Shown: positions 1 through 9,882 of the stretch, piece by piece | How positions within the stretch are numbered: the first letter of the stretch is position 1 | How the letters are laid out: every line of letters begins with the position of its first letter | Source: Candidatus Obscuribacterales bacterium | Lineage (GTDB): Bacteria > Cyanobacteriota > Vampirovibrionia > Obscuribacterales > Obscuribacteraceae | Assembly (NCBI GenBank): GCA_965228855.1 | Contig: CBDDIJ010000003.1 | Span: 160,001 to 224,000, forward strand | Direction: 5' to 3' | DNA: 64,000 nucleotides | Notes under the pieces: model-generated | What the model was told of the DNA's origin: nothing | The model's database searches: none | Seen by the model: only the letters and a program-made list of their open reading frames with translations | Program-made: the position numbers and the translations under genes

Positions 1-447
1 TATCACACGTTTTGGTTTACGCAAATCAGAAAATAAACTCTCTGCAATTACGAGGTAATCAGATACCAGGCTTCCGGGCTGGCTTACGATGAATGTTCTC
101 AGCTCGCCGCCGTCATGGTTCAGTTGTGATTCAATCGCATAGCCGCGATGGTCGAGAGCAAAATCAAGTCTTGTTCCAGCAACTTTCGCATCAGCAGATC
201 TCAGACCACCGAGTTGCGAATCACCGAAAACAAAGATGTCCGGCGCCGAAGGCGAACTCTGGTAATCCCTGGCTATCCAGTAACCAAAAGGTTTAGCGCA
301 TGTTGGCGCAAATTCGTTTGCTCTGGGCCAACGCCAGCATTCTGATGTTTCCGCCCAAAAATTTCCAATAGCTAGAGCGCCTGTCAATAATAAGAGACCA
401 GCAATCATATGCCGCGCAAATCGCACTGATTTTGCTCTACTCGCCAT
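1..447 (-). CDS. SGNH/GDSL-like hydrolase family membrane-anchored protein (DUF1574-like), 3' end outside window
   Basis: Hand translation from ATG 447: MASRAKSVRFARHMIAGLLLLTGALAIGN (signal/TM) ... DIFVFGDSQ (GDS block) ... QPGSLVSDYLVIAESLFSDLRKPKRVI; open to position 1. Confidence 0.7.
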   Translation of the reverse strand, partial: MASRAKSVRFARHMIAGLLLLTGALAIGNFWAETSECWRWPRANEFAPTCAKPFGYWIARDYQSSPSAPDIFVFGDSQLGGLRSADAKVAGTRLDFALDHRGYAIESQLNHDGGELRTFIVSQPGSLVSDYLVIAESLFSDLRKPKRVI

Positions 448-535
448 CCTTTAATCATCTGAAAATTTCACAGATTGATCCAGGCAACTTCGTTTAGAAT
501 GATGCGGTCTTCTGTATGTGCAAAAGAGGTGTGTT

Positions 536-1378
536 ATGCAACTGCCTGGATGTGTTCGAGCTTTTTCGGTGTTTGCCGCAGCTTCGATTCTTCTGTCCTC
601 ATCGGTGTTTCCAGCGTTTGCTGCGGAATCAAAACGACCGCTTGTCATTGCACATCGGGGCGGAAAAAAATGGGCTCCCGAAAACACAATGGCTGGATTT
701 GCCAAGAGTTTAAAGGCTGGAGCCGATGGTGTAGAGCTGGATATCCACCGATGCAAATCTGGAGAGTTGGTAGTAATTCACGATGAAACTCTCGACAGGA
801 CTACTGATGGCAAGGGCTTCATCAAAGATAAGACCTGGGACGAGTTGAAAACTTTGAGCGCAGGTAAATGGTACGGCGACGAATTTGCTGAAGAGAAATT
901 GCCGCTGCTCACCGATGTTTTGAAACTTGCCGATGGAAAAATGATCGTCAACATAGAGATCAAGAATTCGCCGATTGAATATCCGGGCATCGAGGATGAT
1001 CTCGCAAAGGTTCTGAAGGACTACAAGTATCCGGAGAAGATCCTCATTAGCTCCTTTGACCACGAACTTATCAGACGCGTCCATAAGAAAATGCCGAACA
1101 TAGAAGCCGCATTTTTGGACGCAGGAATCGTTGCCGACGTGGGCAAATATGCCAACTCGATCGGAGCGAAAGCCTGGAATGCAGGGTATTCAGAGATGCG
1201 TGCCGACGCCGTCGATCGCGCGCATAAGGCTGGTCTGGCGGTCAACGTCTGGACCGTAGACGGTACGAAACATTGGAACGACATGCTTGAAATGAAGGTA
1301 GACGGCATCGTCACTGACGATCCGGCAGGTTTGATTCACCATCTGAAACAGCATGGCGGTTCCCAAAGCACTAACTAA
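536..1378 (+). CDS. glycerophosphodiester phosphodiesterase (GDPD), exported
   Basis: VIAHRGG, PENT, GVELDI, VIHD, NIEIK, WTVD, GIVTD motifs; signal peptide. ATG 536 chosen for upstream AGAGG (ORF track starts at 518). Confidence 0.92.
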   Translation: MQLPGCVRAFSVFAAASILLSSSVFPAFAAESKRPLVIAHRGGKKWAPENTMAGFAKSLKAGADGVELDIHRCKSGELVVIHDETLDRTTDGKGFIKDKTWDELKTLSAGKWYGDEFAEEKLPLLTDVLKLADGKMIVNIEIKNSPIEYPGIEDDLAKVLKDYKYPEKILISSFDHELIRRVHKKMPNIEAAFLDAGIVADVGKYANSIGAKAWNAGYSEMRADAVDRAHKAGLAVNVWTVDGTKHWNDMLEMKVDGIVTDDPAGLIHHLKQHGGSQSTN

Positions 1379-1529
1379 GCGACGTTTCGTCCCACTGTTT
1401 AAATCTATAGCCCATTAAATTATCAAGCCGGATTGAGTTTCAGCCGTTTGAGACATATATGGATGTGGAATTGGTTCCATATAGGAAAGCTCGAATAGTT
1501 TCTTTAGGGGAAGGACCTGGATTTAAACT

Positions 1530-2210
1530 ATGGCTAAAATTCTACTCGTGGAAGACGATGACAGTCTTGCATTCTTGTTGAAAATGCAGTTGGAGCAATC
1601 GCGACACCTGATTGATGTGGCGCGCAGAGGGCTTGATGCACTTTCTCAGCTTCGAGGAAATTCGTCTTACGAACTGGTCATTCTCGACTGGATGCTGCCG
1701 GATATTGCGGGAGTCGATGTTTGCAAACAGTATCGGTCGTCCGGTGGACGTACTCCGGTCCTCATGCTGACGGCGAAGGGAACTGTCGAGGATAAGGCGA
1801 CTGGTTTAAACGCTGGTGCCGACGATTATCTAGTGAAACCTTTTCACCCGACGGAACTTGACGCCCGTGTCAATGCGCTATTAAGGCGTCCAGCTACCTA
1901 TGCGGGCAAGAAGCTGTCGATACGTGATATCGAATTAGATACCGCCTCTGGTACCGTTATGCGTGGCGGCAACGAAGTCGAGTTGACTGCGAAAGAGTTT
2001 AGTTTACTGGAACTTTTGATGCGTTATCCGGGTCAGAGCTTCTCTCTGGAAGCCATTCTCGATAGAGTTTGGGACAGCGACTCGGCAGCGTCGATTGATA
2101 CTGTTCGAACTCATATGAAAACCTTGAGAAAGAAAATCGGCGACAATAATGAGGCCGACGGCATCATTCGAACCAAGCGCGGACAGGGGTATCGCATAGT
2201 CGACCATTGA
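1530..2210 (+). CDS. OmpR/PhoB-family response regulator
   Basis: KILLVEDD, LDWMLP, LMLTA, DDYLVKPF receiver; winged helix TVRTHMKTLRKK...RGQGY. Confidence 0.95.
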   Translation: MAKILLVEDDDSLAFLLKMQLEQSRHLIDVARRGLDALSQLRGNSSYELVILDWMLPDIAGVDVCKQYRSSGGRTPVLMLTAKGTVEDKATGLNAGADDYLVKPFHPTELDARVNALLRRPATYAGKKLSIRDIELDTASGTVMRGGNEVELTAKEFSLLELLMRYPGQSFSLEAILDRVWDSDSAASIDTVRTHMKTLRKKIGDNNEADGIIRTKRGQGYRIVDH

Positions 2211-2226
2211 GCCTGCGAAGAAACCG

Positions 2227-4371
2227 ATGTCAAAGCTATCTCAGCAAATTAAGAAGTGGATTTCGGTGTTTGACACACCGACCATAACCACGATAGCTAT
2301 TTTCTTGACTGTCATTTTACTGATGCACATCGGTCAGATCTCCGTCAGGGAATGCTTCAAGAGGCTAGAAGACACGGGCATCTCGCAACAACGATTATCT
2401 ATTCTGACGACGCTCGACCAAATCAAATACTATCTATCGAAGGCAGAAGCCTCGGAGATTGCGTACATCTGGTCGAACCAGAAGAAATATCTTGACCAAT
2501 ATAATGCCAACTTTGCTACGGTAGACCAACACGTCGCAGAGCTTGATATGCGTCTTCACGGCAAGCATAGAATGATTTCCGACGAGATTCGGGAGTACAT
2601 TCGTGTGCGACGTGAATGCGCCGAAGAGGTTATCGCGCTGCGACAAAAAGAAGGATTAGAGGCTGCGGTTGCTCATGGAGAACGCCTTGGCGAGGCAACT
2701 GTAACGAAGCACCTCGAGGTCATGGTCGACGATCTAGCTAACCGCGCCGACCTCGAGTTTCAGCTACAGGGAAGAGAACTCGATAACGGAAGTCGAACGG
2801 CAATATACGGTATCTTCCTTTTGATGATTGTTGCGCTTGTTATTTTAGTTGTCGTTATCGCAATCGTTAATCGTTACGTCAACGAACGGAAGAACGCAGA
2901 GCTGTCTCTTCGCGATGCGGAACGTAGATTCCGAGCGGTTTTCAATCAGACCTTCCAGTTTAGCGGCTTGCTGTCACCGGATGGCATTGTGCTTGAGGCA
3001 AATCAGTCTGCTGTAGATTTCGCTGGTGGAAACCTGCAAACTGTTCAAGAGAAATATTTTTGGGACACGCCCTGGTGGTCTTATTCAGTGGATGTGCAGA
3101 ACCAGCTCAAAGACGCGATTCGGAGAGCCGCGAAGGGCGAGATGGTGCGCTTCGAATCTGCCGTCGAAGGTTCGAGTGGTGACCGTGCCACTGTAGACTT
3201 TTCAGTCAAGCCTATCAAGGAAGAGAACGGAGATGTTTCTTTCTTGATCGCCGAAGCAAGAGATATAACCGAGCGGGTTAGAGCTGAAGAAGCGCTGGCC
3301 GAGCGTGAAGCGCGAATGCGCGCTATTGTAGACACTGCGCCTGATGGAATTGTTACCGTGAATTCTGATGGGACGCTTGAGTCTTTGAACCGGTCGCTGG
3401 AGCGACTGTTGGGATATAAATCTGAAGATCTGATCGGTCACGATGTTAACGCAATTCTTCCACACTTGTTGTCCGGCGGTGATGAAGGTGAAAATAGTCC
3501 ACTGAGGACGGGGGAGCGCCGTATCTTTGGCGTCGGACGGGAGTTCTTCGGAGTGAAGAAGGACGGCGAAAAGGTTCCGGTGGAAGTTTCGCTCAGTGTG
3601 ATCAATCTGGGAAATCAGCAAATTTTGACTGGTATCGTCCGCGATATTACGGAGAGAAAGGAAGCTGAACAGCGAGTAAAGGATTTTTATTCGACAGTTT
3701 CTCATGAATTGAGAACGCCACTTACGGCAATACGCACCGCTCTCGGTATCATGGAGCATTCGTTCATGGGCGAGTTGACTGAACAGGCTCGCCCGGTTGT
3801 TCAAGTCGCGAGCAAGGAAACCGATCGTCTGATTCGGCTAATCAACGACATTTTGGACATCAGAAAGATCGAAGCTGGCAAGCTTGATTTGAAACTGAAG
3901 AAACTTGACCCTCGCGAAATCATTAATAGGGCAATCGACGGAGTCAACACCCTAGCTGATGAGGCCGGGATAAAACTGGAGAAAGAGTTGCCTGAGACAA
4001 GACGCATTCTCGCTGACGAGGACAGGCTTCAGCAGGTCCTGACCAATCTTCTGTCCAACGCGATCAAATGGTCGCCTGTTGATGGTGTTGTGAAAATTAC
4101 TATAAAGGAAATCGATCAGCGTTGTCGTTTCGAGGTCATGGATGAAGGTCCAGGAATACCTGAGGACGAAATTGATAAGTTATTCGGACGATTTCAGCAA
4201 GTCTCCTCGCGCGATGATCGTTCTCGTGGAGGTACCGGGCTGGGCTTGGCGATCGCAAAGGCAATCGTTGAGCAGCACGGTGGTGACATCGGAGTCGAAC
4301 TTCAGAACGGGGATGGTAAAGGTTCGATGTTCTGGTTCGAATTGCCGCTTGAATTGAAGTTGTCTGCGTGA
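2227..4371 (+). CDS. sensor histidine kinase (CHASE3-like periplasmic domain, 2 PAS, HisKA, HATPase)
   Basis: two TM segments; PAS/PAC ends RDITER twice; SHELRTPL; NLLSNAIK; DEGPGI; GTGLGL; 16 bp after the regulator. Confidence 0.95.
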   Translation: MSKLSQQIKKWISVFDTPTITTIAIFLTVILLMHIGQISVRECFKRLEDTGISQQRLSILTTLDQIKYYLSKAEASEIAYIWSNQKKYLDQYNANFATVDQHVAELDMRLHGKHRMISDEIREYIRVRRECAEEVIALRQKEGLEAAVAHGERLGEATVTKHLEVMVDDLANRADLEFQLQGRELDNGSRTAIYGIFLLMIVALVILVVVIAIVNRYVNERKNAELSLRDAERRFRAVFNQTFQFSGLLSPDGIVLEANQSAVDFAGGNLQTVQEKYFWDTPWWSYSVDVQNQLKDAIRRAAKGEMVRFESAVEGSSGDRATVDFSVKPIKEENGDVSFLIAEARDITERVRAEEALAEREARMRAIVDTAPDGIVTVNSDGTLESLNRSLERLLGYKSEDLIGHDVNAILPHLLSGGDEGENSPLRTGERRIFGVGREFFGVKKDGEKVPVEVSLSVINLGNQQILTGIVRDITERKEAEQRVKDFYSTVSHELRTPLTAIRTALGIMEHSFMGELTEQARPVVQVASKETDRLIRLINDILDIRKIEAGKLDLKLKKLDPREIINRAIDGVNTLADEAGIKLEKELPETRRILADEDRLQQVLTNLLSNAIKWSPVDGVVKITIKEIDQRCRFEVMDEGPGIPEDEIDKLFGRFQQVSSRDDRSRGGTGLGLAIAKAIVEQHGGDIGVELQNGDGKGSMFWFELPLELKLSA

Positions 4372-4473
4372 GAGCGCGGCGCTTCCTGTTGTAGCAGGGC
4401 AGGTCTGAGCCTGAGGCGTTCTCTCTAAGTGCGTATAGCGCATTGTTCAATTCAAACCTGGCACCTTCAATTG

Positions 4474-4527
4474 TGCACGATTTGTGCATTCTAGTTTCAC
4501 CAATCGCCCCCAAGTTGAGCGTAGATT
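4474..4527 (+). promoter_or_regulatory. putative OmpR-family-activated promoter (degenerate TTCAC boxes plus -10)
   Basis: TGCAC 4474, TGCAT 4485, TTCAC 4496 (11-bp period); TAGATT at 4522 in the same helical register as the 18.8 kb and 22 kb arrays. Confidence 0.45.
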
Positions 4528-4693
4528 GTTAATGTGAGCCGACGAACCACACACACGATTCGCAGAACTCACATCTTACTATCGACCAACCTTACTACTC
4601 GCTAGCCGCCTGACCGCATAACTGTTTCATTCGAACCAGAATCTGGTTTCTGCGGCTCTGGCTTGCTCCCGCCGTTCGCCCGGAGGAATTACA

Positions 4694-5926
4694 ATGTCAA
4701 ACAATCCCGCACAAAACCTTGAAAGTTCACTTTCTCATCATCATGGTATCGAGGCTCCGCAGCCCATTCGCGATGCTGCTGCAAACGCCTGGACACCAGA
4801 GAGTCATAAAAATGTGTTCAATCCTCCGGACGCGTCAAACACCGAAAGGGCCTTTCAGGGAAACGATGACGCAGCGAATGCTTTCCTTGCGAAAGCCTTT
4901 GGAACCTCTCCTCTCGGTGATGCCGCTCAACCAAAACATATACGCGAATTCAATTCCGGAACCAATGCGCTCGACCGCTCCGGTGGAAATTTGCAGGACG
5001 CCCTCTGCTCCATTAATGGTGGCAACGTAGATGGTGCCATTCGTGATATCACTCGTGCAATGCAAAATTCTGATCGGGGAGTCGACTCAATGAAGGAAGG
5101 CATTGAAGCGGTACGTGGTCAGACCGCCGCTAAAGGCGATATCAAGGATGGCCTGCGAGATGTAGGTTATGGAAAAAACGAAATGCAAAATGCCATCGAT
5201 TCTCTGAAGAGTGGAAATACTGCCGAGGCTAAGGAGGCTATTCAGGCAGCTCTTCTTAATCTGAGCGATGGGAAAGAGCAAATAGGTTTCGGCGTTAGCG
5301 ACATCGTGAATTATAAACCGGCACCAAAAGTCGATTCACCAGCGCCGGATAAACCTGAAACGCCATCGAAGCCCGAATCTCCATCGACTCCTGATTCGCC
5401 TTCCACGCCAGAAACGCCATCGAAGCCGGATGTGCCGGTTACACCAGAGGTGCCTGAGAAACCTGACCCTAAGTACCCGGTTGATGCGCATATGAAAGAG
5501 TTGCGTGATAGCGGAAGACATTTTGGTCATACCAAAGAAGGCCTTGATGATGCTCTGGTGCTGCTGGCACGAGGCGATAATAACGGCGCAATCAAGAAGC
5601 TTGGATCGAGTCTTAGAGAAGTCACCGAGGGAATTGGTGACCTCAAATATGGTGCCAATGGTGGCAACGAACACGGTATTCCTGACGGCAATGTCGAAGC
5701 CGGCAACTACTTCGACCGCAGCGGCAGAGACGCCTCCGATACAAGGAAAGGCATAATCGATGCGCTCAGTCATGTTCAGAACGGTGACAGCGATCAGGCT
5801 ATCGATACGCTCGTCAAAAGCATCAAAGCAATCATCAGCGCGCACAAGTCAGTCGATAAGGGTTATGAATTGCTCAAAGACGACGACAAAGCCGACCCGC
5901 GCGTGCGTTCCCGCGGCATGGCATAA
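4694..5926 (+). CDS. hypothetical protein with four helical repeats and a Pro-rich linker
   Basis: GGAGG SD; 410 aa; PETPSKP-type linker separating two pairs of similar helical segments; downstream terminator. Confidence 0.85.
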   Translation: MSNNPAQNLESSLSHHHGIEAPQPIRDAAANAWTPESHKNVFNPPDASNTERAFQGNDDAANAFLAKAFGTSPLGDAAQPKHIREFNSGTNALDRSGGNLQDALCSINGGNVDGAIRDITRAMQNSDRGVDSMKEGIEAVRGQTAAKGDIKDGLRDVGYGKNEMQNAIDSLKSGNTAEAKEAIQAALLNLSDGKEQIGFGVSDIVNYKPAPKVDSPAPDKPETPSKPESPSTPDSPSTPETPSKPDVPVTPEVPEKPDPKYPVDAHMKELRDSGRHFGHTKEGLDDALVLLARGDNNGAIKKLGSSLREVTEGIGDLKYGANGGNEHGIPDGNVEAGNYFDRSGRDASDTRKGIIDALSHVQNGDSDQAIDTLVKSIKAIISAHKSVDKGYELLKDDDKADPRVRSRGMA

Positions 5927-5952
5927 ACGGTTTTTCCAAAGAGCGAGCAGGC

Positions 5953-5982
5953 AACGTCGGCGAAAGTCGGCGTTTGTCTTTT
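5953..5982 (+). terminator. intrinsic terminator
   Basis: AACGTCGGC-GAAA-GTCGGCGTT (with G-U pairs) followed by TGTCTTTT. Confidence 0.6.
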
Positions 5983-6029
5983 GGTGCTGCTCTGTAGATT
6001 CTGTTTTTCGCCTGGGTATAAGAAGAGGC

Positions 6030-7880
6030 ATGAAGCTTACCAAGCAAGGCTTTCTTATCGTCGGACTAATTTTAGTCGTGGAAGTGTGCTTCCTCGGCTA
6101 TTTGAAGTTGAAACTGGACGAGACCGAAGCTGCCAATGAGCAATACGAATATGGAATGGAAGTCGTAACTCGCACGCAGGGTGTGCTTAAGATCTTTGTC
6201 GACAGCACTCATAATCTGGCAATGTATGCGATATCGCGAAACGAAGAACAAGGTAAGCAGTATGACGATGCTGTTAAAAACATCGAGCCTGATTTGCGCG
6301 CCTTGCAAAAACTGGCTAAACGACAGCCGGAGATTGAAAAGAAAGTAGCTAGAATCTCCAAGCTTGCGATGGAGGCTTCCGAGCAATTCTCTGCGGCGAA
6401 GAGAGAAATGGACGAAGGAGAGTTCGTTAATTTCACGCGGCTGCGCAAAAAGATTATGCCGATTCTCTCAAAGATTATGGCTGAGACAGAACCGTTTATC
6501 GCTGCACAGGAAAAGTACGCAAAGTCATTCAATCCCGAGCAAACTCGAAGAAGTCGTGAGCAAGCCTATTTCCTGATGTGGTGGGTCGGCGTTCCCATGA
6601 ATATCCTGCTTGCTGTTATTGCGATTGGCTGGTTTATGTCGAAAATCACTGGTCGCTTAGACATCTTGTCGGAAAACGCGAAGCGGATCGAAAGTGGCGA
6701 AGAATTGAAGCCGCCCATGGGTGGCGCCGATGAGATAAGCTCGTTAGACAGGGTGTTTCACGACATGGCGAAAGCCTTACGAGAGTCAGCCGAGAAGGAG
6801 CGACTTGCCACTGAGTTCATTAAGCTGAGCGAACAGGGGTTGAGAACGATTACAGATAATGTGCCGGTAGCTCTAATTACTGTCGATGAAAAGGGCGCTA
6901 TTGAGAGCATTAATCCGACAGGCGCCTCGATGTTCGCTTATCGAACCGATGAATTTTGGAATATGAATGTCGGTGACCTTTTCGAAATTGCTCCCCCGGT
7001 TTCTCAGGACTCTTTCGTCAAAGAGTTTGTAAGCAAAACAGAAACTCGACCAATCGAGATAACTGCTCGCACCAAAAGTGGTGGCAGCATTCCGGTAGAG
7101 CTGTCATTCAAGGAGTTCGAAACAAAGAAAGGCAAGCGCTTCCTCGCTACAGTTCTCGATATCACAGAACGTCACGAGATGGAACGATTAAAGCGAGAGT
7201 TCGTTGCGATGGTCAGCCATGACCTGCGCACGCCGCTTATGACGGTGCAGGCTTCGCTTTCGTTGTTGAACGAAGGCGCTCTTGGTGAGTTGCCTCCGGA
7301 AGCTGCGAAGATTTCTGGTAAAGCTGAAGTGCAAATCGAGCGTTTGCGCGAATTGGTTTCAAACCTGCTTGATCTTGCTCGCATCGAATCTGGTAAATTC
7401 GACGTGCAACCCTCGGAAGTTCTGCTAATGGACATTCTCGAAAACTCTGCAGACAGTGTTGCTGGATTGGCTCTAGAGCAGGGCGTGACGGTCGACGTGA
7501 AACATTCTGATTTTGAGGTACTCGGCGATGTGGACCGTTTGATTCAGGTCACGACGAACCTTTTGTCGAACGCTATCAAGTTCTCGGATACTGGCGCGAA
7601 GGTCGTTTTATACGCGGTCGAGAAAGACAAGGATTGGGTCGAAGTGCGAGTCCAGGACTTCGGAAGAGGGATACCAGAGGAGCAACAGGCGAAAATCTTT
7701 AGTCGATTTGAGCAGGTCGAGGAAGACGATTCTCGCAAGCTCAAAGGTCTTGGATTGGGTTTATCGATATGTCAGGCAATAATAGAAGGGCACGGCGGCG
7801 AGATCGGTGTGGATAGCGAAGTTGGTCACGGTAGCACGTTCTGGTATCGCGTAAGAAATGTGCCGGATGAAGGCAGCTGA
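6030..7880 (+). CDS. sensor histidine kinase (periplasmic helical sensor, HAMP, PAS, HisKA, HATPase)
   Basis: start moved to MKLTKQG (6030) to avoid overlapping the upstream gene and terminator; 2 TM; DEISSL HAMP; SHDLRTPL; NLLSNAIK; GLGLGL. Confidence 0.93.
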   Translation: MKLTKQGFLIVGLILVVEVCFLGYLKLKLDETEAANEQYEYGMEVVTRTQGVLKIFVDSTHNLAMYAISRNEEQGKQYDDAVKNIEPDLRALQKLAKRQPEIEKKVARISKLAMEASEQFSAAKREMDEGEFVNFTRLRKKIMPILSKIMAETEPFIAAQEKYAKSFNPEQTRRSREQAYFLMWWVGVPMNILLAVIAIGWFMSKITGRLDILSENAKRIESGEELKPPMGGADEISSLDRVFHDMAKALRESAEKERLATEFIKLSEQGLRTITDNVPVALITVDEKGAIESINPTGASMFAYRTDEFWNMNVGDLFEIAPPVSQDSFVKEFVSKTETRPIEITARTKSGGSIPVELSFKEFETKKGKRFLATVLDITERHEMERLKREFVAMVSHDLRTPLMTVQASLSLLNEGALGELPPEAAKISGKAEVQIERLRELVSNLLDLARIESGKFDVQPSEVLLMDILENSADSVAGLALEQGVTVDVKHSDFEVLGDVDRLIQVTTNLLSNAIKFSDTGAKVVLYAVEKDKDWVEVRVQDFGRGIPEEQQAKIFSRFEQVEEDDSRKLKGLGLGLSICQAIIEGHGGEIGVDSEVGHGSTFWYRVRNVPDEGS

Positions 7881-7933
7881 GTTTAGAGGATAGTTGGCTT
7901 CTGAGCAGCTGATGGAGTTTTGGAATTAGTTCG

Positions 7934-9772
7934 TTACAACATCGGCTCGCCGGTTCTGCGTTTCTGCAGCGCCTTTGCCGACATGAGGAAGCGGTAGTCA
8001 TCCATATCGGTCTTGCCTCCAGCAAGTGGCATGAATCCGTGTTTTTCTTTGAGCACGATCATGCCGATGCTTTCAGCCTTTCTCAGTTCCTGAACCGGGA
8101 TGTTAACGGACTGTAGCCAATAGTCACCAGGGCGGACCTTCGTGGGCAGAGGCGAGAAGTTGACTTGCTGTTCGTATATTTTATTGCCTTGCTTGTCTAG
8201 CAATTGGACGAACAAATAATAGTCCAGGCGTTGTTTCTTCTTTGCGCGCAGCAGCAATTCGACTTCTTCAGAGTTTTCCTTGCGATGGCTTACGACGCGT
8301 GAAATAACAAGATCATCTCCGATGGTAATTTCTTTGGCGAGATATTTGTCGATGCTCAGAAGTTTCAATACTTGGTTGTGATTCAATCGATCGATCATAG
8401 GGTGAAGGACGAGAACCATGCTAACCAAACACAGCAGTTCAGCTATCAGAAAGGCGCGCTTGTGTGGTGTTTTAAAAAACGCGAACACTTGCTTTTGAAG
8501 ACCGAAGTACACGACTTTCGAGTTTGCGTACAACTGATGAGCAAACCTCTTCATTTTATCCGCATCATCAACCACATTCGGTGGCGATACCGCTGAACTG
8601 TCAACTTCCGTTCTCGTTGGTAAACTTAAATCGGGAACCAGAATTGCTGTTGTAATCAAATGTCTTATTGGCCGTTCGACAACTACAAACAGCAAGTGAC
8701 TGACTATCAGCAGGAGAACGATAAACGCTGCCAGCGAGTAAATTGTGTTTTCCTGCGGTAAGTAGCATCGCCTGTACATCAAGAGCGGATAATGAATTAG
8801 ATAAACGGCGTAGCTTATGTCACCAAGAAGCACCATGGGTGGTAGCGCTAAAAGTTTTGATACCAAACCTCGACCAAATGCTGTTACCAGTATCAAAATA
8901 TTGAAGGACAGGAGCGGAACAATCGAATTCTTGAGCCAGAAAGCTCCAGCTTCTCCGACGTATGGCACCGCCGCATCAGATACTGGTACCGTGGAAAACA
9001 TACAGTCGATTGCAAATGCAAAAGCCATAAGCTCAAAGGCGGTACCAGACAATACAGCTTTGAAATCCGATGTCATCGCACTCTGAACGCCGGTTTTTAT
9101 GCGCGTAAATAGCGTCGCTGTCATCATTCCTGTGATGAACTCGAATATGCGAACAGCGGGGTTTATATACAGCAAACCTTCCATGTTCCATCCTGCTGCA
9201 TCTTCGGTCAGGTGGAAGTAGTTGCAGATAGCGATAAAACAGCAGATGATGAGAAACGACAGCCCAAGCGGCAACCAGAAGTTTTTTCGCAAGAGAATAA
9301 GCAATGTTGGAAAACAGAGGTAGAAGAAAAACTCTGCTGAGATTGACCAAGATGGTGCGTTGTAGGAAAAGAAAAATTGTGCAAACGGAACCCAGGCATG
9401 CAGCATGAGTATGTTGGTAAGCGCGACCAGAAATTTCGGTGCTGTTCCTGAAACAGTGACGAGCGCAGGCATTACTAGCGCTTTGTCGAGGAAGAACGCG
9501 GACACGTGCAGCGGCCATAATCGCGCTACTCTTTTTACCAGAAACTCTTTGGTACTTTTAAAATCGGGTAGCTGAGGATAGACGTAGGTGAGAATAAATC
9601 CGGACAACACAAAGAAGAATGTGACTGCCTGATTGAAGATCAACTTCTCCGGAAAATCATTGAGCGGGAGAAAATCGTTGCGCACATGTCCGATTACAAC
9701 CAAGAACGCCGCGAAGAAACGCAGCGCCGTTAAAGCGCCCAGCTTTTGCTCACCTTGTTGTTTGATACCCAA
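7934..9772 (-). CDS. acyltransferase-3 (OafA-like) membrane O-acyltransferase with C-terminal soluble domain
   Basis: LTALRFFAA, FFVLSGF, PSWSISAEFFFY, LGDISYAVYLIH, VERP; TTG start uncertain. Confidence 0.9.
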   Translation of the reverse strand: MGIKQQGEQKLGALTALRFFAAFLVVIGHVRNDFLPLNDFPEKLIFNQAVTFFFVLSGFILTYVYPQLPDFKSTKEFLVKRVARLWPLHVSAFFLDKALVMPALVTVSGTAPKFLVALTNILMLHAWVPFAQFFFSYNAPSWSISAEFFFYLCFPTLLILLRKNFWLPLGLSFLIICCFIAICNYFHLTEDAAGWNMEGLLYINPAVRIFEFITGMMTATLFTRIKTGVQSAMTSDFKAVLSGTAFELMAFAFAIDCMFSTVPVSDAAVPYVGEAGAFWLKNSIVPLLSFNILILVTAFGRGLVSKLLALPPMVLLGDISYAVYLIHYPLLMYRRCYLPQENTIYSLAAFIVLLLIVSHLLFVVVERPIRHLITTAILVPDLSLPTRTEVDSSAVSPPNVVDDADKMKRFAHQLYANSKVVYFGLQKQVFAFFKTPHKRAFLIAELLCLVSMVLVLHPMIDRLNHNQVLKLLSIDKYLAKEITIGDDLVISRVVSHRKENSEEVELLLRAKKKQRLDYYLFVQLLDKQGNKIYEQQVNFSPLPTKVRPGDYWLQSVNIPVQELRKAESIGMIVLKEKHGFMPLAGGKTDMDDYRFLMSAKALQKRRTGEPML

Positions 9773-9882
9773 ATCGATAGTTTCTGGGAGGTCGGACTAA
9801 ACTCATAGAGCTTCTCAAGAGCGAGTTTGTTCCATTTAGCCACTGAGGACATTCTAACATTGTCCTCTTGAGTACTGTGCAG

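Noticed and set aside
5760..6029. N-terminal ORF extension of the histidine kinase (likewise 13526-13720, 26175-26282, 31041-31109, 54183-54323)
   Set aside because: The extensions overlap neighbouring genes, promoters or terminators, or precede the evident signal/TM segment
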